From an uncultured Ruminococcus sp. (GTDB lineage: Bacteria > Bacillota > Clostridia > Oscillospirales > Ruminococcaceae), in the NCBI GenBank assembly GCA_964479595.1, contig CAYZMU010000005.1, forward strand, positions 5,298 to 60,769: a DNA stretch of 55,472 nt, read 5' to 3'. Numbering within the stretch: position 1 is the first letter of the stretch; each line of letters opens with the position of its first letter. Below are positions 18,389 to 29,101 of the stretch, piece by piece. A model generated the notes under the pieces. That model had not been told where the DNA came from and did no database searches. It was given only the letters and a program-made list of their open reading frames with translations. Made by a program: the position numbers and the translations under genes.

Positions 18389-19495
18389 ATGGCGGACGAG
18401 CATATTGATGTCATCGCGGATTTCGTCTACGATTCCGAAAACGACGGATACAACCGCGAAAACCGGCTGTGGCGGCAGAAAACGGAGGCGCCCTTTATCT
18501 ACCGCGTCGCCGCGAACAGACAGGAGCGCTCCTATGTGGCGGGCAGCGCGCAGGCGCGCGGAAATGTGCCCGTGGCGGAGCGTTCGGCGCTGCTGAGCAG
18601 CTACGATTTCATAGGGATCGTGCTGATGTTCTATCTCGCCTGCGAACTGCTCTTTTCCTCGCTGCTGGCGTGGGGATTTCACATCTTCTCTTTTGACGTG
18701 GAGTTGGATTTTCTGTCTTTCACGTTAAGCGGCGATTTCTGGCTGGTCTGCGGCATCCGCACATTTGTCAATCTCCTGAAATACGGTCTGCCGCTGCTGC
18801 TCGCCGTGCGTTTCTTTAAACTCCCCGAAGGGCTCAGAATGCCTCTGAGCGTGGGCTCCGTGCCGGAGTTTTTCGGCTCGGTGGGCTTTGGAATGCTGAT
18901 AGGTCTGATAAGCGGTCTGACGGACGGTGAACCGTCCGCTCTGGGCGCCGCGGGAGTCTTTACCTACACCGATACCTCCGCGATTCTTACCTGCGCCGTG
19001 GTGGACGTCACATTCGGCACGCTCCTCGCGGAAATGCTGCTGCGCGGCGCGCTGATGCCTGTGCTGCGCCAGTTCGGGGACGTTTTCGCGGTGCTTACCA
19101 TGGCACTCTGCGGCTTTCTGCTTCCAAACGACTTTTCCGGCCGTCTCAAGGAAATGCTCCTCGGGCTGGCCTGCGGCTATCTTCTGCTCAAGAGCGGCTC
19201 GCTGCTGCACTGCATGATTGTCCGCGCGGTCTGCGCCACGGTAAACTACGCCCGCGTGATTCTCGTCTACGCCAACGATTCGGTCAGCCTGCGGACATTT
19301 ACTTCCAATATTTTCCTCTTCGGCGCGCTCTTCTCGCTTATCTATCTGCTGCTGCGCGTGAGCGGTCTGGGGCTTTCCAACCGCCGCTCGTGGCTTAAAC
19401 TCCGCGAAAAGTGGAGTATCGCGATGCAGTCCCCGTCCATGCTCGTGTGGCTTTGCTGCTGCGTTCTGAGCCTGCTGCTGCGCGCGCTTTATTGA
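18389..19495 (+). CDS. polytopic membrane protein, CPBP (CAAX/Abi) intramembrane protease-like with degenerate motifs
   Basis: About 8 TM segments. LAEMLLRGALMP resembles CPBP motif 1 (EExxxR) but has only one Glu. The later His-containing motifs are not canonical (LLHCMIVRAVCATVN). It has a roughly 75-aa soluble N-terminal extension. Confidence 0.45.
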   Translation: MADEHIDVIADFVYDSENDGYNRENRLWRQKTEAPFIYRVAANRQERSYVAGSAQARGNVPVAERSALLSSYDFIGIVLMFYLACELLFSSLLAWGFHIFSFDVELDFLSFTLSGDFWLVCGIRTFVNLLKYGLPLLLAVRFFKLPEGLRMPLSVGSVPEFFGSVGFGMLIGLISGLTDGEPSALGAAGVFTYTDTSAILTCAVVDVTFGTLLAEMLLRGALMPVLRQFGDVFAVLTMALCGFLLPNDFSGRLKEMLLGLACGYLLLKSGSLLHCMIVRAVCATVNYARVILVYANDSVSLRTFTSNIFLFGALFSLIYLLLRVSGLGLSNRRSWLKLREKWSIAMQSPSMLVWLCCCVLSLLLRALY

Positions 19496-19502
19496 CAGCA
19501 AG

Positions 19503-19534
19503 AACCTCCCTCGTTTATCCGGGGGAGGTTTGGT
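19503..19534. terminator. hairpin between convergent genes (bidirectional terminator candidate)
   Basis: AACCTCCC (19503-19510), 12 nt loop, GGGAGGTT (19523-19530). The flanking T/A runs are short. Confidence 0.45.
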
Positions 19535-19537
19535 GTC

Positions 19538-20443
<906 letters not shown>

Positions 20444-20476
20444 AGGTCATGTTCCTCCCTGAGATTGTTCTCTGTT

Positions 20477-21643
20477 TTACGTTTCCAGTACCTCGCGCAG
20501 AATCGCGAGCCCTTCGTCCATCTCCGCCTTCGTGATGGTGAGCGGCGGCAGCAGCCGCACTTTTTCCTTCGCCGTCAGCACCAGCAGCCCGTGCTCAAAC
20601 GCCTTTTGCAGCACCTCGCCCGCGCTCCTGGTCCTGAGCGTCACGCCAATCATCATGCCGAGCCCCGAAAGCGACGCTATTTCGCCGATTTTGGAAAGCT
20701 CCCCGCGCAGGTACCGCGCCTTCTGATCCACTTCCTCCGGAAAGCCCTCCCTTGTCAGCACGTCAAGCACGGCGTTCGCGCCCGCGCAGACGACGGGATT
20801 GCCTCCGAACGTGGAGCCGTGCGTGCCCTTTGTCAGAACCTGCGCGCGTTCCTCGTCCGCGAGACAGGCCCCGATGGGCAGCCCTCCGCCGAGCGCCTTG
20901 GCGAGTGTCGTGACGGCGGCTTTCACACCGTAGCACTGCGCCGCGAGGAATTTTCCCGTGCGCCCGCAGCCCGTCTGCACCTCGTCAATCATCAGCAGCA
21001 CGTCTCTCTCTTCACAGAGTTTCGCGACTTTGCGTACATAATCGCCGTCCAGTTCGTTGACGCCGCCCTCGCCCTGAATGAGCTCGAGCAGCACCGCGCA
21101 GACGCTGCCGTCCATTTTGCGCTCCATATCCTCAAAATCGTCCGGCCGCGCAAAAACGAACCCCTGCGGAAACGGGTCAAAAAACCGGTGGAATTCCTCC
21201 TGCCCCGTCGCCGCGAGTGTCGCGAGCGTTCTGCCGTGAAAGCTGCCCTGCAGCGCGATGATGGTCGAGCGCCCCGCCCCGTAGCGGTCGAAGCTGTATT
21301 TTCTGGCGATTTTGATGGCGCATTCATTCGCCTCCGCCCCGGAATTGCACAGAAAAACCCTCCGAAAACCCGTGACGGCGCAGAGCCTCTCCGCAAGTTC
21401 GGATTGCGGCGCGCTGTAGTAGTAGTTGCTCAGGTGCGCGATCTTCCGCGTCTGCGCGCAGACCGCGTCCGCCCACGCGTCCTGACAGTAGCCCAGAACA
21501 TTCGTCCCGATGCCGCTGCCGAAATCGAGATAGCGCCTGCCTTCCTCGTCCTCGCACACGCAGCCCGAGCCCGAAACCGCCGCGAGCGGCAGCCTGCCGT
21601 AGGTCGGCATCAGGTATTCCTGTGCTGTTTCAATCGTGTTCAC
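20477..21643 (-). CDS. argD: acetylornithine aminotransferase
   Basis: 388 aa class III aminotransferase. NSGAEANECAIKIARKY and DEVQTGCGRTGK. Sits in the arg operon. Confidence 0.9.
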   Translation of the reverse strand: MNTIETAQEYLMPTYGRLPLAAVSGSGCVCEDEEGRRYLDFGSGIGTNVLGYCQDAWADAVCAQTRKIAHLSNYYYSAPQSELAERLCAVTGFRRVFLCNSGAEANECAIKIARKYSFDRYGAGRSTIIALQGSFHGRTLATLAATGQEEFHRFFDPFPQGFVFARPDDFEDMERKMDGSVCAVLLELIQGEGGVNELDGDYVRKVAKLCEERDVLLMIDEVQTGCGRTGKFLAAQCYGVKAAVTTLAKALGGGLPIGACLADEERAQVLTKGTHGSTFGGNPVVCAGANAVLDVLTREGFPEEVDQKARYLRGELSKIGEIASLSGLGMMIGVTLRTRSAGEVLQKAFEHGLLVLTAKEKVRLLPPLTITKAEMDEGLAILREVLET

Positions 21644-22548
21644 GCCTCGTCCTCCTTCCCGTAGACGCTCAGAAACTGTGTCCCCACGCCCTCGTTGCTG
21701 CAGATTTCCACAAGAATCGCGTGCGGCACCCGCCCGTCGATGATGACCGCCTTCTTCACCCCGCGCCGGATGGCCTCCACGCAGCAGTCCACCTTCGGAA
21801 TCATGCCGCCGGAGAGCACGCCCTCGCGCTTGAGCCCCGGCACCTCGCTGACGCGCACGGACGGAATCAGCGTGGCGGGGTCGTTCTTGTCGCGCAGCAG
21901 CCCCGCGATATCTGTCATGAGAATCAGGTTCTCCGCGTGGAGCGCCGCCGCGACAGCCGCAGCCGCCGTGTCCGCGTTGACGTTGTAGACCTGCCCGTCC
22001 GTGCCGCAGGCGACCGTGGCGATGACGGGCACGTAGCCCTCCGAGAGCGCCATCAGAATGGGCTTGGTGTTGATTTGCGTAATTTCCCCGACAAGGCCTA
22101 AGTCGGGCTTGGATTCCTTCTTTTTCGCCAGCAGCATGGAGCCGTCCATGCCGCTTAAACCAATCGCGTGTCCGCCGTGGCTTTCGAGATGCGAGACAAG
22201 CTCCTTGTTCACTTTCCCCGCCAGCACCATGCGCACGACATCCGCCGTCTCCGCGTCCGTGTAGCGCAGCCCGTCGATAAAACGGCTCTCGATGTGCAGC
22301 CGGGAGAGCATATCGCTGATTTCGGGCCCGCCGCCGTGCACCAGCACCACGCGAATCCCGACCAGCGACAGCAGCACGATATCGCTCATGACGGCGGCTT
22401 TGAGCGACTCGTTGGTCATGGCGTTGCCGCCGTATTTGATAACGATAATCTTTTGATTATACCGCTTGATATAGGGCAGCGCGTCAATCAGCACCTGTGA
22501 GCGCACGCGCGTCGGAATCTTCTCCGGTATCTCCATCTTTTCTATCAT
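21640..22548 (-). CDS. argB: acetylglutamate kinase
   Basis: IIVIKYGGNAM and VLVHGGGPEI. ATG 22548 with an AGGAG RBS is chosen. The ORF-track start 22617 would overlap argJ by 58 nt. Confidence 0.9.
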   Translation of the reverse strand: MIEKMEIPEKIPTRVRSQVLIDALPYIKRYNQKIIVIKYGGNAMTNESLKAAVMSDIVLLSLVGIRVVLVHGGGPEISDMLSRLHIESRFIDGLRYTDAETADVVRMVLAGKVNKELVSHLESHGGHAIGLSGMDGSMLLAKKKESKPDLGLVGEITQINTKPILMALSEGYVPVIATVACGTDGQVYNVNADTAAAAVAAALHAENLILMTDIAGLLRDKNDPATLIPSVRVSEVPGLKREGVLSGGMIPKVDCCVEAIRRGVKKAVIIDGRVPHAILVEICSNEGVGTQFLSVYGKEDEA

Positions 22549-22559
22549 CTTCGAACTCC

Positions 22560-23816
22560 TCAGCTGCGGTAGTCGCCGTTGATGCGGACGTAGTCGTACG
22601 TGAGGTCGCAGCCCCACGCCGCGGCGCTGCCCTCGCCCTCTCCGATGGAAATCAGCACCTGAATCTCGTCCTCGCTCAGGATTTCCTTCGCCTTTTCCTC
22701 CGAGAATTCCACCCCGAAACCGTCCCGTGCCACCGCGATTCTGCCCTTTTGCGACGCGATGTCCACGGAAACTTCCGAGACGTCAAAATCCGCGTCCGCG
22801 TAGCCTATCGCGCAGGCGATTCTGCCCCAGTTGCAGTCCTCGCCGAACATGGCGGTCTTGAACAGGCTCGAACTTACCACACTTTTCGCGACCGCTTCCG
22901 CGTTCCCTTCGTCCCGCGCGCCCGAAACGATACATTCAATCAGTTTCGTGGCACCCTCGCCGTCCGCCGCGCACATTCGCGCGAGATTGAGCATGACCGC
23001 GTAGAGCGCCCCGCGAAACACGGCGTAGTCGGCGTTTTCGGAGCGGATTTCGCGGTTTTCCGCACTCCCCGAGGCGAGGATACAGACCATGTCGTTGGTG
23101 GAGGTGTCCCCGTCCACGGAAACGCGGTTGAGCGTTACGCGCGTGACGTCGCTGAGCGCGATTTGCAGCATATGGGGGCTGATAGCGCAGTCGGTCGTCA
23201 GAAACGTAAGTGTCGTCGCCATATTCGGGTGAATCATGCCGCTGCCCTTGAGCATTCCGCCTAAACGGCAGGTTTTCCCGCCCGCTTCAAAGGTCACGGC
23301 GATTTCCTTTTCCCGCGTGTCGGTCGTCATAATCGCCCGCAGCGCCTCGCGGTTTCCGGTTTCGGAGAGACTCTCCGCGAGTTTGGGCATGGCGGCGGCG
23401 ATGGGCTCAATCGGCAGCACCTGTCCTATCACCCCGGTGGAGGCGACCACGATATCGTTTTCATCAAGCGAGAGCGCCCGCGCGGCGAGTTCGCACATCT
23501 TCTCCGCCTTTTCCACGCCGTCCGCGTTGCAGGTGTTGGCGTTGACAGAATTCACAATCACGGCCCGCGCGTGTCCGTCCTCCAGATGCCGCTTTGTGAC
23601 GAGCAGCGGCGCGCCCTTGACCTTGTTGCGCGTGTAGACGGCCGCGGCGGCGCATTCCCTGTCCGCCGCGATGAGGCAGAGGTCGTTCTTCTGCCCTGAC
23701 CCCGGCGCGGCGCCCTCGTGCGTCAGCCCGCAGCAGACCCCGCCCGCGCGAAAACCCTTCGCGGCGCAGACCCCGCCCTCAATGATGGGATAATCCGAAA
23801 AACTCTGCAGTTTCAT
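22560..23816 (-). CDS. argJ: bifunctional glutamate N-acetyltransferase / amino-acid acetyltransferase
   Basis: 418 aa. Autoprocessing site context HPNMATTLTFLTTD. Confidence 0.93.
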   Translation of the reverse strand: MKLQSFSDYPIIEGGVCAAKGFRAGGVCCGLTHEGAAPGSGQKNDLCLIAADRECAAAAVYTRNKVKGAPLLVTKRHLEDGHARAVIVNSVNANTCNADGVEKAEKMCELAARALSLDENDIVVASTGVIGQVLPIEPIAAAMPKLAESLSETGNREALRAIMTTDTREKEIAVTFEAGGKTCRLGGMLKGSGMIHPNMATTLTFLTTDCAISPHMLQIALSDVTRVTLNRVSVDGDTSTNDMVCILASGSAENREIRSENADYAVFRGALYAVMLNLARMCAADGEGATKLIECIVSGARDEGNAEAVAKSVVSSSLFKTAMFGEDCNWGRIACAIGYADADFDVSEVSVDIASQKGRIAVARDGFGVEFSEEKAKEILSEDEIQVLISIGEGEGSAAAWGCDLTYDYVRINGDYRS

Positions 23817-23832
23817 GCGTGTTCCTTTCCTT

Positions 23833-24786
23833 TTAGCCCCTAAGCCCCGTGTCCTCCGCCGCGCCCGTCATCAGATTGAGACACTGCACGGCGGCGCCGG
23901 CGGCACCCTTTCCTAAGTTGTCAAGCCGCGCCGCGAGCAGAACTCTCTCCTCCCCGCCGCAGACGAAAATTTCCATCAGGTCTCTCCCCGCGAGCGTGTT
24001 CGCGGGCAAGAACCCGTCTTCCAGCACGTCCTCTCCCCCGAGCGCGCGGACCTTCACAAACGCCTCGCCCTCGTAGTGGCTGGCGAGCGTTTCGCGGATT
24101 TGGCGCGCGTCGGGGTGCCCGGGCAGCAGGCGCGTGTGCAGCGGCACGGAAACGGTCATCCCCGCGTAGAAATCGCAGACCATGGGATTGAACACGGGCG
24201 CGAAATCGAGCCCGGCGATTTTTTGCATCTCCGGCAGGTGCTTGTGCGTCCCCGAAAGCGCGTACTGGCGCGGGCTGTCAAACGACACGGGGCGGTCCTC
24301 AGACTCATAGCGCGCGATGGCGGCTTTCCCCGCGCCGCTGTAGCCCGAAACGGCGTGGCAGACGAGCGGGTAGTCCCTCGGCAGAACCCCCGCCTCGACC
24401 AGCGGACGGACAAGGGCCAAAAACCCCGACGCGTAGCAGCCCGGCACCGCCACACGCTTGGAAACACGGACGCGCGCGCGAAACTCCGGCGCGAGCTCAG
24501 GGAAGCCGTAGTCCCAGCCGGGCTCGACGCGGTGCGCCGTGGACGCGTCAATCAGCCGCACACGATCATTTCGGACCATGCGCACCGCCTCTCTCGCCGC
24601 GTCGTCGGGCAGGCACAGCACGGTTATCTCCGATTCGTTGATAAGCCGCCCGCGCTCCGCCGCCTCTCTGCGGCGCTCGGGGTCTATGGCGAGCAGCTCG
24701 ATATCCGCGCGGCCCTCAAGCCTTTTGGCGAGGTTTAAACCCGTCGTGCCCGACTGCCCGTCAATATACACCCTTGTAGTTTTCAT
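23833..24786 (-). CDS. argC: N-acetyl-gamma-glutamyl-phosphate reductase
   Basis: VYIDGQSGTTG and the catalytic Cys context VAVPGCYASG. ATG 24786 has a GAGGA RBS 8 nt upstream. An alternative ATG lies at 24801. Confidence 0.9.
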   Translation of the reverse strand: MKTTRVYIDGQSGTTGLNLAKRLEGRADIELLAIDPERRREAAERGRLINESEITVLCLPDDAAREAVRMVRNDRVRLIDASTAHRVEPGWDYGFPELAPEFRARVRVSKRVAVPGCYASGFLALVRPLVEAGVLPRDYPLVCHAVSGYSGAGKAAIARYESEDRPVSFDSPRQYALSGTHKHLPEMQKIAGLDFAPVFNPMVCDFYAGMTVSVPLHTRLLPGHPDARQIRETLASHYEGEAFVKVRALGGEDVLEDGFLPANTLAGRDLMEIFVCGGEERVLLAARLDNLGKGAAGAAVQCLNLMTGAAEDTGLRG

Positions 24787-24993
24787 TTCTCTCGTCCTCA
24801 CGCTGTTTTTTCTCGATATGCCGCACGCGCAGGATGTTCCACAGACAAGTCCCCGCGAACACGGCGGCAGCCCAGACTTTCGCCGCCGTCATGCCCGATT
24901 CCGGGAAGCCGAAGACAAGCACCAGCTCCCCCGCAATCCAGATTGCGAACCCCGCCGCGCAGCCGATAAGAATGCTTACAAGGCACTTTTTCC

Positions 24994-24997
<4 letters not shown>
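24761..24997 (-). CDS. small two-TM membrane protein, unknown function
   Basis: 78 aa. ATGA start/stop overlap with argH, and a GAGGAG RBS 8 nt upstream. Two hydrophobic segments (LVSILIGCAAGFAIWIAGELVLVFGF and VWAAAVFAGTCLWNIL) and a basic/acidic tail. Overlaps the argC start by 26 nt. Confidence 0.45.
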
Positions 24998-26379
<1,382 letters not shown>

Positions 26380-26406
26380 ATCGCAGCCCCTTTCAGGAAT
26401 AGCAAA

Positions 26407-26427
26407 GGGCGAACAGGTCGTTCGCCC
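26407..26427 (-). terminator. hairpin in the argG-argH spacer (possible partial terminator or processing site)
   Basis: GGGCGAAC, 5 nt loop, GTTCGCCC. On the minus-strand RNA it is followed by UUUGCUAUU. Confidence 0.3.
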
Positions 26428-26457
26428 CGCTGAAATCTTATGTTCGCTCAGAGCCGC

Positions 26458-27684
26458 TCATTTGCCGCGTTTCTGGTCGAGTTTCGCCTTGACCTTGATG
26501 GGCAGCCCGAAGAGATTGATGAATCCCGCGCTGTCGCTCTGGTCATAGACATCGTCCGCGGAGAAAGTCGCGACTTCCTCGTCATAGAGCGTGTCGGGAG
26601 AGGTAATGCCCGCCGTGATGATATTGCCCTTGTAGAGCTTGAGCTTCACCGCGCCGTTGACCGTGCGCTGCGTGCTGTCCACGAAGGCGTCCAGCGCCTC
26701 GCGCAGCGGCGTGAACCACTGCCCGTTGTAGACCAGATCCGCGTACTGCTGGCTCAGCTGCTGCTTCACGCGCGCCGTCGCCTTGTCAATCGTGATGGTT
26801 TCGAGCGCCTCGTGCGCGTAGTAGAGAATCGTCCCGCCCGGGGTTTCATACACGCCGCGGCTTTTCATGCCGACCAGACGGTTCTCCACAATATCCGCGA
26901 TGCCGATGCCGTTGGCACCGCCCAGTTCGTTTAGTTTTCTGACAATGTCGCTGCCCTTCATCTTCACGCCGTCCACCGCCGTCGGAATGCCCTTCTCAAA
27001 GTCAATCGTCACATAAGTCGGGGTGTCGGGCGCCTGCTCGGGCGAAACGCCCAGTTCCAGAAAACCGGGCTTGTTGTACTGCGGCTCGTTCGCGGGGTCT
27101 TCCAAATCCAGCCCCTCGTGCGAAATATGCCACAGGTTTTTATCCTTGGAGTAGTTTGTTTCCCGGGAAATCCGCAGCGGAATGCCGTGCGCCTCGGCGT
27201 AGTCTATCTCCTCGTCCCGCGATTTGATGTCCCAGACTCTCCACGGCGCGATAATCTGCATATCCGGCGCGAAAGCCTTAATCGTCAGCTCAAACCGAAC
27301 CTGGTCGTTGCCCTTGCCCGTGCAGCCGTGGCAGATGGCGTCCGCGCCCTCCGCCTTGGCGATTTCGGCGATGCGCTTGGCGATAATCGGTCTGGCGAAG
27401 GAGGTGCCCAGAAGATACTTGCCCTCGTAGACCGCCCCCGCCTTCATGGTCGGGAAAATATAGTCCTCCACAAATTCGTCCGTCAGATCCTCAATATACA
27501 GCTTCGACGCGCCGGATTTGATCGCCTTTTCCTCCAGCCCGTCCAGCTCCGTTCCCTGCCCGACGTCGCCCGAAACCGCGATGACCTCGCAGCCCGGATA
27601 CGTCTCCTTCAGCCACGGAATGATGATGGACGTGTCCAGCCCGCCCGAATACGCGAGCACGATCTTTTTCGGTGTGTTTTCCAA
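26458..27684 (-). CDS. argG: argininosuccinate synthase
   Basis: [13 protein letters not shown] is the ATP-binding motif. TTG 27684 has GGGAGG 7 nt upstream. The ORF-track start 27747 lies inside the predicted promoter (-35 at 27747-27742), so it is rejected. Confidence 0.9.
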   Translation of the reverse strand: MENTPKKIVLAYSGGLDTSIIIPWLKETYPGCEVIAVSGDVGQGTELDGLEEKAIKSGASKLYIEDLTDEFVEDYIFPTMKAGAVYEGKYLLGTSFARPIIAKRIAEIAKAEGADAICHGCTGKGNDQVRFELTIKAFAPDMQIIAPWRVWDIKSRDEEIDYAEAHGIPLRISRETNYSKDKNLWHISHEGLDLEDPANEPQYNKPGFLELGVSPEQAPDTPTYVTIDFEKGIPTAVDGVKMKGSDIVRKLNELGGANGIGIADIVENRLVGMKSRGVYETPGGTILYYAHEALETITIDKATARVKQQLSQQYADLVYNGQWFTPLREALDAFVDSTQRTVNGAVKLKLYKGNIITAGITSPDTLYDEEVATFSADDVYDQSDSAGFINLFGLPIKVKAKLDQKRGK

Positions 27685-27718
27685 AGCAGCTGCCTCCCGT
27701 TTCCTGAAACTTTCCTCT

Positions 27719-27747
27719 ATCATACCCGATTTTCGCCCGCTTGTCAA
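27719..27747 (-). promoter_or_regulatory. sigma-A type promoter of the arg operon
   Basis: On the minus strand: TTGACA (27747-27742), 17 nt spacer, TATGAT (27724-27719). Confidence 0.6.
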
Positions 27748-27777
27748 GCGAATTTTCGGTTTTTTTGCATATTTCGC

Positions 27778-27826
27778 GAATATTCACGTATATTATACAG
27801 TTTTCCGAAAATATTCCGTATATTAT
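27778..27826 (-). promoter_or_regulatory. pair of AT-rich direct repeats upstream of the arg promoter (candidate ArgR/AhrC operator)
   Basis: Plus strand GAATATTCACGTATATTAT (27778-27796) and GAAAATATTCCGTATATTAT (27807-27826), offset about 30 bp. Confidence 0.3.
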
Positions 27827-27829
27827 GCG

Positions 27830-28990
27830 TCAATTCCACCCCGTGAAGTAATCCTGCGTGCCGTAAATGCCGTACTGGGAATCCGCGTTGTAGGCAAAGC
27901 CTATCCCCACATTCGTGAAATCCCCCAGCAGATTGCCGCGGTGTCCCGACTCGGAATTGTACCAGCCGTCGAGCGCCGCGAACGGGTCCGTATAGCCCGC
28001 GTCAATGTTCTCCGCGCACGAGGACCAGTCAATCCCCGCGTCGAGCAGGCGCTGCGCGGAGGTTTTTCCGTCGGGGCTCTTGTGGTCAAAATAGCCGTTC
28101 TGGGCCATATCCTCGCTGTGCGCGCGCGCGACGGAGCAGACCGTCTCATTCCAGCGCAGCCGCGAGCAGCCGTTTAACGCCCGCGCCGCGTTGAGTGCTA
28201 AGTAATTGAGCCGCGCAAATCCGGTCAGATTGGACGGGTCCTCAATATTGACCACGCGCAGCGAATAATCCGCGTCGAGAATCAGCGCCGCGTACTGCTT
28301 GCCCGACCCCTCCGAATGCTCGTCGTAATAGCGCGTGACGGCGTAGTCAAACTCGTCGTTTACCGTCAGCGAGGCGTTTTCGCAGAACGCGTAGCAGCCT
28401 AAAATGGTGTCGTCCGAGACAATCAGAATGAGCAGATGCTCCGTATTTTCGTTGTACGTCATAAATTTCAGGTCGTAGTGTTTGTAGCGCATCATCATGG
28501 ATTCCGAACAGTCCCCGGCCGTCTGTGTAAACTCCGAAACAGGCGCGCCGAGCGGTATCGTAACCGAGGCGTCAAGGATGACGTATTCCGCCTTCTGCGG
28601 CGCGGCCGTAGTTGCGGTCGTGACGGTTGTCGCGGCGGTCGTGGCGGTCGTTGTCGTCGTGGAGGCAGTCTCTGTCTCATAGACAGGGTCGGGCAGCGGA
28701 TAGCCTTCCGGGTCGGAGAGATTGCGCATCAGCATCAGAATATCCAAATTCCCGACTTCCCCGTCCCCGTCGATATCCGCGTTGTCAAAGCTGAAGGTCA
28801 TGTTATCGGGCACGTCGTCCTCCGCTGTCACACGCGCGGTGACAATCGCGTCCTGAATCGTAATCTTCCCGTCCTCGTTCGCGTCGCCCGGGAACCAAAG
28901 CAGATTCGCCGCGCGGGCGGATATCGGGACGGCGCCCGCGCAGAGTACCGCCGCGAGCCCGAGAGCGGCAAGCCGAAATCGCTGTTTCAT
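27830..28990 (-). CDS. secreted CAP/SCP (YkwD-like) domain protein with N-terminal type I dockerin and Thr-rich linker
   Basis: Signal peptide MKQRFRLAALGLAAVLCAGAVPISARA. Dockerin repeats DANEDGKITIQDAIVTAR and DIDGDGEVGNLDILMLMRNL. C-terminal CAP motifs AHSEDMAQNGYFDHKSPDG and GHRGNLL. ATG 28990 preferred over 28999. Confidence 0.75.
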   Translation of the reverse strand: MKQRFRLAALGLAAVLCAGAVPISARAANLLWFPGDANEDGKITIQDAIVTARVTAEDDVPDNMTFSFDNADIDGDGEVGNLDILMLMRNLSDPEGYPLPDPVYETETASTTTTTATTAATTVTTATTAAPQKAEYVILDASVTIPLGAPVSEFTQTAGDCSESMMMRYKHYDLKFMTYNENTEHLLILIVSDDTILGCYAFCENASLTVNDEFDYAVTRYYDEHSEGSGKQYAALILDADYSLRVVNIEDPSNLTGFARLNYLALNAARALNGCSRLRWNETVCSVARAHSEDMAQNGYFDHKSPDGKTSAQRLLDAGIDWSSCAENIDAGYTDPFAALDGWYNSESGHRGNLLGDFTNVGIGFAYNADSQYGIYGTQDYFTGWN

Positions 28991-29056
28991 GTGGAACACC
29001 CCTTTGCACGCGTTACCCCAGTGTGGTCTGCGAATTGGCAGACTCTCCTAATTTGA

Positions 29057-29085
29057 ATGATACCACAAAATCCCGCTTTTGTCAA
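29057..29085 (-). promoter_or_regulatory. sigma-A type promoter of the dockerin-CAP gene
   Basis: On the minus strand: TTGACA (29085-29080), 17 nt spacer, TATCAT (29062-29057). Confidence 0.55.
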
Positions 29086-29101
29086 GCATTTTCTAAAGTT
29101 T

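Noticed and set aside
7350-19537. A tRNA-Arg-flanked genomic island covering the plus-strand block
   Set aside because: The tRNA 3' end faces away from the block, towards ruvC. I could spot no repeat of the tRNA 3' end, there is no integrase, and the composition looks similar to the rest of the window by eye. It is more likely an ordinary strand-switch region.
26410-26424. CGAAC-AGGTC-GTTCG, resembling a Cheo/LexA box
   Set aside because: The spacing is N5, not the N4 of the Firmicutes consensus. It forms the stem of a hairpin between argG and argH, where SOS regulation makes no sense.
27685-27747. N-terminal extensions offered by the ORF track: argG to 27747, argB to 22617, ilvB to 52039, leuA to 53705, recA to 40972, ruvA to 6744, ABC ATPase to 33198, fumA-like from 10839, YidC-TagF from 13399, sigma from 17254
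   Set aside because: The extensions overlap upstream genes or promoter/leader elements and lack homology to the families. They are Arg/Pro-rich. Internal starts with good GGAGG-type RBSs give canonical N-termini.
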